Shown here piece by piece: positions 1-13,052 of a stretch of DNA of 64,000 nucleotides. The translations under genes were made by a program, and so were the position numbers. Numbering within the stretch: position 1 is the stretch's first letter; each line of letters begins with the position of its first letter. The notes beneath the pieces are model-generated. The model was not told the origin of the DNA and did no database searches. It saw only the letters and a program-made list of their open reading frames with translations. The stretch is from Octopus vulgaris. Taxonomy: Eukaryota. The stretch is taken from contig OX597828.1 of assembly GCA_951406725.2 (NCBI GenBank), positions 31,124,001 to 31,188,000 of the forward strand. Reading direction: 5' to 3'.

Positions 1-679
1 CTTGTCATACTTGAGCGAAAATAGTAACATGTTCAGCTATTTTCATCGGTTCTACTCTTCGGGCACAAAATTAAGCTTTTCTTTGAAAAATGCTATGACA
101 GACTAGATGTACCTCAAAATTATTTCCCATATAATTCGTAAACCCTAAACACAAATATTATATTAAATATAGTAAATCTTAAAGTGCATTTTGAATATAA
201 AGCCCTAACAATTTTGTCAGCCGTTGGCAACTTTTTTTTTATTGTTGTCCATTTGATGGCTGATGATCAGAAGCGTTGCAGCCAGCCTAACCATCTTGCC
301 CACGTTTCCCAGTGGGTCTATTCTTTTACAGGACTAGTGTACTCTTAAGGAATATTTGGAAGTTATTGTTAGTAGGATATTATTTCAAGCAGGTCGTTAT
401 TACAAATAGGTTGAATGGCCATATAATGGATGTTTCATATATCTAGATGTAGTGGAATTAAGAATTTGGCAGAAATATATCGACACCTAACATCAGTGAA
501 AGGTGCAACATTTTGATTGATGGGAAAAGGGTAATTGGATTCTATATTAAATGTCTTCTTACAAGTTTTATGGGCGTTTATCTCTATAGTTCACTTGTAT
601 TTAATTTATCTGTTTGATTAGAGTATCAGTGTGCAAAGACCTTTTCCAGATACTAATATTTCCTACACAAATCTGCCCA

Positions 680-808
680 AGTTAACTTTGTCTTTCATCC
701 ATTCAGGGTCGTTAAAACAAGTAACTGTTGAGCAATGAGGTCGATGAAATCGTGTTAATTACTCCCGCGGACCTACCGCTCGTTTGTCAAAATTTTAAAC
801 CAATATTT
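680..808 (+). mobile_element. Degenerate SINE fragment (Nin/Deu-like central domain and tail)
   Basis: gttaactttgtctttcatccattcagggtcgttaaaacaagta matches the gtcgactttgcctttcatcctttcggggtcgataaattaagta core of the young copies at 13053 and 15075. Confidence 0.7.
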
Positions 809-899
809 TCTACACAAATAATATCGCGACCATACGATTTAATTGACAATGTTTCGTATGAAGGGTTTAATGTAAAATAAGAAGCATATTTGCAAAGCT

Positions 900-1480
900 G
901 TGCATATGATACCGTTGCATTGCCATCTCGCTGCATTATTTACCTTTCATGTCGAAATTCTTCTAAATTTCATGGGTGGGCACGAGTATGTTTGAAGTAG
1001 TTTATATATTTCTCTGTTATCGTGATAAAAATGACCAAGCTCGAACTTTCCTTAAACTAATCCTACAACCTGCACCGTTTGTGCTGAAAACATTTTCGTG
1101 CAGTACTGTGAAAAGAACCCACGAGAAAAATGATATCGCATCGGTGCCTCTTCTGATGAATGTGCAAGCAGAGTATCGCATGGTAATCTAATAAATTTGT
1201 CAGACATTTTTGGTTATTTTACCGAATAGCATCACTGCACTATTTGCCAGTTGGCTCCCAATATCACATCTTTAGATGCAGTATGATTTTGCAGTATAAC
1301 AAAAGTGATACTTGTCACTATCTGCACACATACTTCAAATGACAGAACCTTGTGTATGACCAGTACCTGAAGCGGGAATGTGGTTAAGGCATTTAATGCT
1401 GGGCTTTATTTTGGAAGAGTTGGTAACAAAGATACAATCAATTGTGTAAAGCTCAATCAGTTTTGGCCGTAAACATTTAT
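900..1480 (-). mobile_element. Possible highly decayed piggyBac-like transposase remnant
   Basis: Minus-strand fragments TIDCIFV, MCADSDKYHF and DAISFFSWVLF...GAGCR loosely follow the order of piggyBac motifs (TIDE, LCD..Y, DNFF, GT.R). Weak, by eye only. Confidence 0.2.
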
Positions 1481-2526
1481 TGTACAGGTTAAATGCGGCA
1501 CTTTACATATCAGGAAAAAACTTTTGTGTTTTTCATGCATAGTTTCTGATTCTAAAAATTACAAAAAGACCAAACAAAATTTCGTAGACGAAGATCAAGA
1601 TTTTCCGGAGATAAATGGATACCATCAAACATCGCATGCATCTAAGAATCAGACATAACATCCAAATACAAACTCAAGGATTAGCGCGGTTTGTCTTTTA
1701 GTAATGTTGTACTAACAGAGGTATTCTTAAAATTTTAATGAATCAGTCTGGATAATTTCTAGTGAGCCCTCTAAATAAACCAACATGTTATGAATAACTG
1801 CGTTATATAATGTTAAATAAATGGGCTACACTATTTGAGTGTTATTGTAGTCAGTGATAGAAATGAATGTGGTGCAGGAACACGAACGTTAATAAATATT
1901 ATATGAAATGTGTGTCGTGTTATGAGAAATAATAAATCATAAATATTGATGAATATCATTAATATGCATATGAGTATATATTGTTTTTTTTTGTATTTAG
2001 TAGCAATTTATGTCTTTATTTCAGAGTAGAGTATGAGTAGTGTGCGAAATTATTAACATCAAACATTAATTGCAATCACTTATTGTTATAGCATATTCTA
2101 TTCAGCATACTAAATAGATAGTTGCAGTCCTACTTCAGTCCTGTTTTTGAGTAGTTAGTAATAGTTTGTAATGAGGAATGGAACTTTTAATCCAATAGTT
2201 TTATAATCCCGATCGTAATACTATAATGAGATGAAATTTAGAAATACTAAAGTGAAAATAGTCTCATTCAAAACATATTAACACTTACCTTCCATACTTT
2301 TTGAGCTGCAACGCTTGTATACACTTGCGTTCTACTTAAAGGCATTCATACTTTGATGCAAGCAAGCCATTATCATGGAGGGAGGAAATCTATTATATTA
2401 ACTCCAGTGATAATAACTGCTACTTATTTTATTGCTTGCTCTTAAAGGTATGAAAGGTAAAGTTGAATTCATAAATATTTAGACTCTGAATTAAAAAAGC
2501 CTGAGGGAATACAGTATGTGTGTCTG

Positions 2527-2629
<103 letters not shown>

Positions 2630-2725
2630 TTATATGAATAAGGATAAGAACGTTATTTAAAATACCGATCTTATCAGGTGGCCAGCACGGGAATAAACAT
2701 TTCAAAGGTAACAATTATTATCAAA

Positions 2726-2993
<268 letters not shown>

Positions 2994-3099
2994 CGTGGTC
3001 TGATTAATAGGTATCCGAATTGTTGCCATAGTAACGAAGCTAAAGCATAGAGAGTAAATCCACTAGGCACAGAATGATATTGTATTCTGGTGTGCATGT

Positions 3100-3420
3100 G
3101 CACTAAGTGTTAATGTTCTAGCTTACTTCCACTATTTACAGCAATGCTTGGAAGGCAGGTGTGTAGCGTGTGATCATCGCATTGACCATGACAGAGAAAA
3201 TTGAGCAGAGAATCTGCATCAAATTTTGCCAAAAGCTTGGCGATACCTGCTCAGAGCACTCTGCAAAGATATCAAAAAGTTTTCATATTTCTCAACACAA
3301 TCAAGGAGATCTTATTCAACTGAAACCCGAGTGTTGCTTTGGTCTGCTGAAGCAGTTTTGGCACAAATTTGTAGACACAGGTCTCATACCCAAATCTTCA
3401 GTGATAACGGACTGAAGTTC
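3100..3420. mobile_element. Rearranged mariner-derived non-autonomous element with an internal inversion
   Basis: The + strand encodes a mariner N-terminus (MTEKIEQRICIKFCQKLGDTCSE). The adjacent - strand encodes a downstream mariner segment (QSVITEDLGMRPVS, corresponding to the DLGMRRV..KFVPK region). Confidence 0.75.
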
Positions 3421-3425
3421 AACCG

Positions 3426-3456
<31 letters not shown>

Positions 3457-3504
3457 GGGGGGGGTGTATGTGTGTGTGTGTTTGTGCCCATATATTTGAT
3501 GATT

Positions 3505-4733
3505 CAAGGTGATATCAAACACTTCACTGACTAGTTGTGTAGCTCGCCAACAGATGGCACCACACAGTAGCGTATGCAGTGAGAGCTAGAAGTAGCATTC
3601 ATGTGGCAGTGTGCCAAGTGAATCACCGTTTTTGTTTCGAACGTTGTCAAATTTGTGATCACGTGCATGCCGTAGTCTGCAACTTTTGTTATGGACTTGA
3701 AGTTGGAATAAAGAGCCAACGTGAGATTTTTCCTTAAATTAGAGAGATCTGCTTTAGATACTTTGAGAATGCTTCGGCAACTTTACAGCAACAAGACAAT
3801 GGGTCATACACAATGTCTCGAGTTGCATGAGCGTTTCTACAGTGAGAAGATCGTCAACGGAAGACGATGAGCTATCAGGAAATCCTGCTATGAGCGTCAG
3901 CCCCGGAAATGTGGACAAAATTCATCAGATCGTGCATGAAGATTGTCGGAAACAATCAACGAAACTGTTGATATTGTTGGCCTGTCGTTGTTGGTCTGCC
4001 AGTAATCCTAGCATCTGAACTGAGCATGCGGAGTGTCTATGCCAAGTTTGTCTCCCGCCTGCTGACCACTGAGCAGAAAGAAAATCGCGTCGAAGTTTGT
4101 CAAAATCTGTCAGCGTGCCGCTTATGACCCATCCCTCATGTCAAGGATCATTATAGGTGACGAGATTTGTGACTACGGGAACGACCCTGAGGCGAGGCAG
4201 CAATCATATTGGAAGAGCCCTTTATCTCCACGAACAAACAAGGCATGACAGAGCTGCAGCTCAAGAGAATAATCATTGTTTTATTTTTTCGACATCTGCG
4301 GTATTGTGCACCGATAATTCGTCTTGCAGGACCACACCGTTAATTGCGAGTTCTACATCGGCGTTTTGAAGCACATGAGAGAGGATATTCCACGAGAGCG
4401 ACCGGCGCTGTGGAGTGCGAAGTACCAAATGCAACAGCACCCACTCTATTCGACAGATTTAGCACCGGCCGATTTCCATCACTTCCGCATGATCAAAATG
4501 CACCTCAAATGTCGCCTTTTTAACACCGTTGTCCACATCCAGAGCGAATCGCAGTAGGTCCTAGACTTGCTAACGGAAAATGACTTCTAGACCGGATTCC
4601 AAAAGTGGCAGGAAAACTGGGGCTGGTCTATTGCTTCGTAATGTGACGATTTCGAAGTAGATGATGTTAAAACTTCAGTAATTAAGTTATGTTTTATTAA
4701 ACATAACTAGTCTGGGAACGTTTTCATACCACA
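3505..4733 (+). mobile_element. Near full-length decayed mariner transposon (~1.23 kb; transposase pseudogene)
   Basis: Imperfect TIRs at 3505-3536 (ggtgatatcaaacacttcactgactagtt) and 4705-4733 (aactagtctgggaacgttttcatacca). ATG at 3691, then RANVRFFLKL, AKFVSRLLTTEQKE, IIGDE and HPLYSTDLAPADF (YSPDLAP motif), with many stops and frameshifts. Confidence 0.92.
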
Positions 4734-5552
4734 CAGCCACACCTGTACATATGAAGAGTATAAAGCACATATACGCATGCGTGTAGATAACATTTTCTTG
4801 TACGTAAAAAGTGATTTTCCCGAGCTGTTATATATTCCGTCCGGGCCATCAGCACACTGATTTTAAGAATGAGTCATATAAACTTTGACTTTCATTTTTA
4901 GGGCTGGATAAATAAAAGATTTTCCTTAACTGCGATCGGCGCTTCTCTTTGTATATTTCTGTAGCCTTGTCTCATTCTCTCTCGCACACGTTCCTTTACT
5001 AGATATAATTTGTGTCACGGATATGCTATGTGTACTTGGTGAGCACTGCCCACTTCAAGGCAAATTTCATCAGGACATAACGACAATAGTCATATAGTGG
5101 TTAATGAGGAACGGCAAAAATATCGATCTTAGATTGGGTCAATATTTTAGTAGTACATATCATGTGTTTGTTTTTGGTTGATAGTTTGTTTAAAGTCATT
5201 GATTATTCATCATCTGAATGAAATATTACAAATAACTTGTGGCCGTATTCCGGTGAAGTCGCGTTCTTTCTGCGTTATATAACAAGACAGAAACAAACAG
5301 TTTCAAAGTCAAAGATGACATTTTTTAACAACTGCTAATCTCATGTGTTATGTCAGATATATGACATAGTTTACACTTTGGTTGCATCTTGTTTCTCCAA
5401 GGGTTACACTGTCTCTATGATTTATTAGGTATTTCGTAGCAATCAGTTACTTTTGGATTGCAAATGCATAACTTTCAAGGCGGGGTGTGATGCGGCGATC
5501 ATGAGTCCAAGAAAAAAAACATTCGTTTCATTTCAATATTGTTGTCTTCTTT

Positions 5553-5775
5553 AAGGCGTCGAGCACTCAAAATAGGTAACACAGGGGACAGAACGCGTAA
5601 CTGTATTTCGTCCGTCATTACGTTCTGAGTTCAATTGCCCTGAAAACGACATTTCCTTTCATTCTTCCAAGATTGATAAAATAAATACAAGTTGAACAGT
5701 GGTGTCTATGAGATCCACTTACCTACCATCCGCCTAACATGCTGGTCTTGTACCAAAATTTGAAAAGAATATTAC
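5553..5775 (+). mobile_element. Degenerate tRNA-derived SINE (Nin/Deu-type)
   Basis: aaggcgtcgagc head, ttacgttctgagttcaa B-box region, cctttcattc core and gtaccaaaatttgaaa tail. Confidence 0.8.
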
Positions 5776-5953
5776 TGTTTTGCTTGAAGGTTTCTGGAAA
5801 TATGAACATGCACGGACTTTATATGCTATACTGAGCGTTTCGCATCCACGTTATTTTGAGGTATGACAGTCCGGCCCTCGTGGTGTTTTTTCGTAGGTCA
5901 CCACGGAAGGCGTGCATCCTTAGGATCTCGCTGCCGAAAGTAGGTCATTGTTC

Positions 5954-6365
5954 TACTCTTTACTCTTTTACTCATTTACTTGTTTCAGTCATTTGACTGC
6001 GGCCATGCTGGAGCACAGCCTTTAATAGAGCAACTTGACCCCGGGACTTATTCTTTTGTAAGCCCAGTACTTATTCTATCGGTCTCGTTTGCCGAACCGC
6101 TAAGTAACGAGGACATAAACACACCAGCATCGGTTGTCAAGCAATGCTAGGGGGACAAACACAGGCACACAAACACACACACGCATATATATATATATAC
6201 ATATATACGACGGGCTTCTTTCAATTTCCGTCTACCAAATCCACTCACAAGGCTTTGGTCGGCCCGAGGCTATAGTAGAAGACACTTACCCAAGGTGCCA
6301 CGCAGTGGGACTGAACCCGGAACCATGTGGTTGGTAAACAAGCTACTTACCACACAGCCACTCCT
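5954..6365 (-). mobile_element. Intact-looking tRNA-derived SINE (second family)
   Basis: Minus strand starts aggagtggctgtgtggtaag (A box), has ggttccgggttcagtccc (B box), then caccttgggtaagtgtc, an internal (TA)/(TG) tract, and an (AAAGAGTA)n-type tail. Confidence 0.9.
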
Positions 6366-7579
6366 GCACTAAGTGAATGTATTCATTCTTTCTACGATCA
6401 TTTATTAAGGATTATTGTCTGAAAGATACTATGCAACACTTGAAGGTTGTCTGCACAGATCTCACGCCCCTTGCCTGCTTTATCTCTTCTTAGGTAGATC
6501 CCCTCGATATCAGTATATCTGTGGAGATTCCCAGTTGGAGTCCGTATCTTGCTGATTTTAACTTTTATAGAGTGTGTTTCTTCTACAGACCAGTTGAGTA
6601 TCTCAAATTTTGGAATTAGCTCTGCTACTGCAGATGTTATATTGTCTCGTAGGAAGACTGTTCCGACTGACATACTTTTCTGAGTCTGACATAACAAATT
6701 TAGGTTACTTTATTTTTATTCAATATAGATTCGTATTTGTATTCATAAATGTCTAAGTACTGGTAGCATTTCTGGTGTGCGTCAAGAGAAGATAGTGAGG
6801 TCATTGATGCCATGTTTTTGGACTAAGGGAGTGATTTTCTTGTTCATCTATCAAATATGAATATTTCTTTTGGTGAAGTTCCGTTACGATATCAGCTGAG
6901 AATGTTAAAAATTCTAGTGTTCTTTTATTTTTTTTGCATTTTTAATATTTTTAGCATATATATTGTCATCCACACAGAAATTATAGGTTATATTAATATA
7001 TATAGCACTTGCAGACCCTAACATGTAGCCATTTGATTTTGTACTAGGACTGATAATGAATTTAATGCCAAAATGAATGGATAAACATTACTTTGATTCA
7101 GCCTTTTCAAATATTTATAACATCCAAGACCTGTGTGCATTATGCATGTGTGTGTATATGTGTGTATTTCTACAGATACTGAGCGGCTCTACATAAAAAG
7201 AGATAACGGACATTGAAGATCGACATCAGTGCCGATGTGTATGTGTGTAGGTATATACATATGTAGATAATTATACGTATATATGTGTGCGTGTATGTGT
7301 GTATGTGTGTGTATTTACATATATATACGTACATATATACAAACAAACAAATATATATATATATATTTACACCTTCACACACACAGGTATATATATATAC
7401 ACATACATATCAGAGGGAAGATCACTGTGTGGACAGCTTTTATGCAAGAAATAGATCCGCTATGGTCTTACAACTAAGAAATATTCTCAAGAAAAATATA
7501 GCAATATATCTATCTATATATATATACATATATGTATAGGTGAGAAAGTTGGTGTGAGAAAGCACGTGGTTAGACATGT

Positions 7580-7769
7580 AAAACATAGAAAAGAGTGAAA
7601 AAAACTACAGAAGGCTTGTTTTATAGGCTTGTTTTATAGGTTTCGTAGAACGCCCAAAACTATGTTACTATGTACAAATTTTTTTAACATCTTTCTAACA
7701 TAACGACTTAAATATATTCTTTAACCTTATAAAACAAGTTTTCTGTAGTTTTTTCACTCACTTTTTTTC

Positions 7770-7775
<6 letters not shown>
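7580..7775. repeat. Short element with ~48-bp imperfect terminal inverted repeats beside (TA)n
   Basis: gagtgaaaaaaactacagaaggcttgttttatagg (within 7580-7627) versus ccttataaaacaagttttctgtagttttttcactc (within 7725-7775). Confidence 0.75.
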
Positions 7776-7857
<82 letters not shown>

Positions 7858-7871
7858 TATATATATATATC

Positions 7872-7908
<37 letters not shown>

Positions 7909-8070
7909 GTATATATATATGTATGTATGTATATACGCACACATATATTGCATATTTACATATACGTGTGTGTAACTATATATGTACTTATGTACGTATA
8001 TGCATAACCATTTGTATCTATATATGTGCATATGTGTATATGCGTGTGTGTGCATGTGTATTGTATATAT
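7776..8070. repeat. (TA)n and degenerate (TATG)/(TG) microsatellite
   Basis: Direct inspection. Confidence 0.95.
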
Positions 8071-8815
8071 TTAGGCGTGTTTGCTCCTGTGTGTCTCAGC
8101 GCTTAATTATCTTTATTATTATTGTTATTGTTGCTGTTGTTGTTGTTGTTTACTCCGAATCCTTAGCATCCACATCCTCGTGCCATATATATAAATAATT
8201 CAATACTGCAACGATTAAACGCACCGTAATACATCCTCTCCCTAAATTGTTGACCTCAGTCTGCGACTTTTCATCAATTATACTTAGATTTCTATTCAAA
8301 CAAACAAAACCATCTCATTATCATTCACTCTTACATCCTCTTTCTTCTCCTCCTCCCAACTAGTCCACTTTACATATCTCTCACTCTTCTTTTCTCCCTT
8401 TCGTCTCCCCTCCTCCCATTCTCCATTCTACTTTCTTTCTCTCTCCTTCTGAATACATATCTATCTTTTTAACTTGGCAGCCGGTGTGTTGCTTTAACCA
8501 CATATATAGTGAAATTTTTCAACAACGTTTTTTTTTTATATTTTGAAATGATTTAATTGAGAATGGTTAACATAAAGGATGTACTTCGTATCATGTATTA
8601 TACTAATACGCCAATCTCAAACGTACTAATTAAAGTATGTCAATGCACCCCACTTTGGTTTGACTTCTTTATTACATGTAATAAGTCCCCATGCCAGAAC
8701 AAAACTAACTGGACTTGACTCTAGTTATGCAGATACTCAAAGGTTTTAAGTAGCGTGTTCTATTTTACATCAGCCAAATATTGTGGTCTTCCTTACACAC
8801 ACACACGCATATACA

Positions 8816-8860
<45 letters not shown>

Positions 8861-9007
8861 GTGCGTGCGTATGAGTGCATGTGACTGCGTGTGGGTGTGT
8901 ATGTGTGTGAGTGTATACATACATAGAGAAAAAAAGTAGATAGATAAAATTAATGATATATTCAAACTACTACACACATTTCCATCATAATAACACAGAT
9001 TTTAATC

Positions 9008-9205
9008 AAGGCGGCGAGCTAGCAGAATCGTTATCAGTATTTCGTCTGTCATTACGTACTGAGTTCAATTCCCGCCGAGATCGACTTAGCATTTTATCCA
9101 TTCAGGATCGACTTATTAAGCACCAGTTACGTACTGGGGTCGGTCTAATCGACTGCCCACCTCCCCAAAATTTAGGGCTTTGTGCCTAGAGTAGAAAAGA
9201 ATATC
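9008..9205 (+). mobile_element. tRNA-derived SINE (Nin/Deu-type)
   Basis: aaggcggcgagctagcagaatcgtta head, gagttcaattcc B box, accagttacgtactggggtc core and gtgcctagagtagaaaag tail. Confidence 0.88.
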
Positions 9206-10439
9206 ATAGATATCCAGAGGAAGTTATCATAGACTGTTACTAGGTTTCTTTCTGTTTTGTTTTAGTCTTTATAGTTGAAAATATGTCACAGAAACATATA
9301 ATCCCAATCAGTTTTGATCTCAGAATTAGCGGAGGGAAAAAAGAATATCTTTCATAATATTTACTTCATTATTTGCCAACAACTCTTGTTATCTATGGTC
9401 ATATACGTACACCAAGAAACAATATTAAATGCGCCCCAGCAATTTCCGAGCAAGTATTGCTTCACAATTTCCACTGTGTACACTACAACAAACTCCATAT
9501 CAATTATATATTTGAAATAGTATCCTCTCATATATTTATAAGTTCTCATTTAATATCTGAATAGATATTGATATCAGTATCTACAGATATATTAACTTTA
9601 TTAACACATCTAATAGACAATCATGATATAAATTTTAGTTATTGTTCTATGTGATTCGATAACTAAATATGGATGAACAAAGAATTTGTTTAATCTTACC
9701 ATGAGGTTTAATTAATGATCTCACATCTTATTAATATATTTCTCTGATTGAGACTGGCATGCTGTAAATCATTAATGACCGTGCAAATGAATTCCTATTT
9801 AAGGTTGCAATAACACTGTTGAAGTCTTTGAAGTTATTTAATATATTCAACCTCAGATATTAACACGTGTAAATGCTATTCAACATAGAAGATCACACTA
9901 TAATTACTGTACAATATATTGAATTATATGAAAACCAACGCGTAGCATAACGGTGATAATATTAATGTCATCGGGAGCCTTATTAGTTAAGGAAATGACT
10001 GTATCATTTTGCAAAGCTATCATTAATTGTAGTATTAGAGTAACTCACTTCTAAAATTATTACTTGATTTTCTCTCATGGTATACTTTATTGTAATTTGT
10101 AAACACAAAGTATACTTTAGTAATATTGGAACATTGAAGTAGTTGTTTGGTACTCAGATATTGTCATTCCTATTTATTGTGTTGTTAAGGGCCTAAATTA
10201 TTTCATTTTATAAAGGTTCTAATCATTGGAGAGCGTTTGTCCTTTGATCTCGTTATCATCTAGTACATGGATTGCGTTTAGTGCATCAAGACTTCGTATA
10301 AAGTATTCAAGATATATAACACTTACAGCCCGTCATTTGTCGGTTATATTAAATCAATGCGGAAAGTCATTACAGTATCGCTGCTTATTACGCTGATATA
10401 ATTCCTTTTAGTAGCGTTTTTCAATTTTATCAGCCATTA

Positions 10440-10710
10440 CATTCTTTCTTCTTCTTTCTTCTTACATCATTCACCCGGTTGAGCTGGGTTCATTCATCCT
10501 CAATGATGCATCTCTCACAAACGCCGACCAGGCTTGGCGATTTGAGGCTAACGACCGCGTGATCTCCAAACACACTTTATTCCAGCGGCGAACGCCCTAG
10601 ATATGGGGGCCTAGGTTGGGTTCCAGATCAGCCTTGAGTGTCATCAGCCAGGTTTTTCGTTGTCCTCAGCCTTGACTGTCATCAGCCAGGATTTTCGTTG
10701 TTCCCCCAAT
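10440..10710 (-). mobile_element. RTE-clade LINE 3' end
   Basis: Minus strand reads GQRKTWLMTLKADLEPNLGPHI*GVRRWNK...LASNRQAWSAFVRD, followed by an (AAGA)n-like tail. It carries a 38-bp tandem duplication (10629-10704). Confidence 0.75.
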
Positions 10711-11049
10711 TGTAATTGTAGGTATAGAGTGTATGCTTGAGAAAAATAAATAAATATGGGGATGAACAGTGTCTCAAAAAGAAACCCAATCTTCATAACA
10801 AGAATATAATCTATTGAACCTTACGCTAATATGTCACGAAGTTGTCATTTCCACAAAATATATCAGATTCCCTGCAATTTGCAGACTTTCGCATTACTAA
10901 CTAAATTGCTACAATCTAAATGCTGTACAAGAAGAGGCGTATATGCATATATAAATTTGTATAAAGTTAACGGTCCTTCATGTTACAGGGTTTTCGCTAA
11001 GAAAATACTAATTACATACAAATATTATGTTATATGAAATATTGAGATG

Positions 11050-11420
11050 TAAGAGAGTTTCTTTGTTAAAATTGTTTAACCCTAACCATATGATTCCAGA
11101 TTCAGTCCCAATGCGTGCATTTTGGGTACGTGTCTTTAACGATAGCGTCGAGTGGACTTGATCGACGGAAATTGTAAGAATCCCGATTTTACGCTTGTGT
11201 GTGTGTAAGTGTCTTCCTGTTTGTGTTTGGTCCCCCACTACCTCTTGAGAACATTAACTTAGTGGTCCTGCAAGTGTGTCCGATAGAATAATTGCCAGCC
11301 TTTAAAAATTGATGCACTGGGTTTGAATAGTTAGACTATAATTCTCCAAGACGGCGCCCAAGTAATGGCCGCAGTCTCGTGATAGAAACAAAACGAAAAA
11401 GATAATAGATATAAGCTTGA
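11050..11420 (+). mobile_element. Degenerate copy of the second SINE family
   Basis: ttcagtcccaatgcgtgc, gacggaaattgtaagaatcccg, tttgtgtttggtccccc and atggccgcagtc are collinear with the 5954-6365 copy. Confidence 0.75.
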
Positions 11421-11789
11421 AAAAGAACCAAGATTGCATATTCTAAATATTAATAATTTACGATTTGAAAATAGAGAATAATCATATAAACTTATGTGGA
11501 AATATAGAGATTGGTGTATCAATATAATAAAAATGCGAATTTGTATGCATGATGAAAGGTCAAGCCTATGGCACATTCATACACATTAATATATTCTAAT
11601 TTCAGCTTCAGATTAAATACAGCCCTCTGTTAATGTAAGAGAATAAATAATTTAGATAAGAAACATGAAATATTTCACCAAATATTATGATATATGCAAA
11701 AGCATATAGACACGCATAAACATCTTAATGCGTATGTATTCGTATCAATGAAAAATCCTTCATATATGATTTTATGAGAAATATCGATA

Positions 11790-11791
11790 CG

Positions 11792-11883
<92 letters not shown>

Positions 11884-11900
11884 TATAATATATACACACA
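11790..11900. repeat. (TA)n microsatellite
   Basis: Direct inspection. Confidence 0.97.
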
Positions 11901-12371
11901 AGTACATATATAATTTAACTCTTAATAGAATCAAATACTTGAGAAGATAACTCTTCATTTTGTAGTCGTAAAATGCGCAACTATGCTATTTTAGGCAGCA
12001 GGGCATACCAAATCACCAGCATTATTCTTACTTCCAGCATGTTGCATATATATTAGCTTTAACCAGTACAGTATAATTTCATTTCCATTATAAAATATGC
12101 AAATAAACGTAACTTTTTTCTACGCTGACTAATAACAAAATTTACAATAACGAAACAAGTGCGTCTGAATGTAGCTGATTTCTTCGGAATACATTAACAT
12201 CTTCATGTAAATAAAATAACGTGTATATTTAACGACGAATACTTAAAGAAAACGCTACATATATATGCATGTATATATACATGTATATATAATGGGAAAA
12301 ATCGTATATACGCATGAATAAATTGCCCCCACTCTCTCTCTCGCTCTTACTCACATTCTTCATATATGTAC

Positions 12372-12402
<31 letters not shown>

Positions 12403-12463
12403 TCCGCGCACATATATGTATATGTTTATAGAGAGGCAGTAAGAGGGATCAAGATCGATACAG

Positions 12464-12494
<31 letters not shown>

Positions 12495-12777
12495 TACACA
12501 CATATACACACACACACACAGACACACACACACACACTCACATATACAATCAGTAATTTAGTGATTTATTATGCATTGTGAATAATTCTTCTCTCTTTTG
12601 TCTTCCGGTATATACAAAGTATGTATACACATATTTTGTATGTGTGCGTGTTTGGGAATGTGTGGGTGTGTTTGTGTGTGTGTATGTGTGTGCGCATGCG
12701 TGTATGCGCGTACCTGGATGTGTATGTGAGTTCTTACCCATTTCCACTCATTGTAATTGTAACATTTTGCATATTAA

Positions 12778-13000
12778 GAGATGCGGTGAGGTAGCAGAAT
12801 CTTGAGCAATCCGGACAAAATACTTCGCTTCAATTCCTCGAGTGTTTCGTTTCGAATTGAAATTCTGTTGAGGTGAGTCTTCCATTTAATCTCTCTTGGT
12901 CGATAAAAGAATTACCAAATAAGTAAGGGTATGGTTGTAATCGATTAACCTGACTCACCCAAATTTGCGGGCCTCGTGCTAATGCTTTTCAAGCTAATAT
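12778..13000 (+). mobile_element. Degenerate SINE (Nin/Deu-type)
   Basis: gcggtgaggtagcagaatc head and ggtcgataaaagaattacca core. Confidence 0.75.
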
Positions 13001-13052
13001 TTTGCATATTATTAAAGCGTTGAGCTTGCCGACATGTTAGCAAGCTCAACGC

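Noticed and set aside
5898-5950. GC-rich imperfect hairpin followed by GAAA
   Set aside because: It lacks the CUGA core.
6398-6900. Possible Penelope RT remnant on the minus strand
   Set aside because: Motif resemblance is too weak to support by eye.
10640-10700. CTGATGA...GAAA on the minus strand
   Set aside because: It arises from the duplicated RTE coding motif RKTWLMT, and the hammerhead stems do not close.
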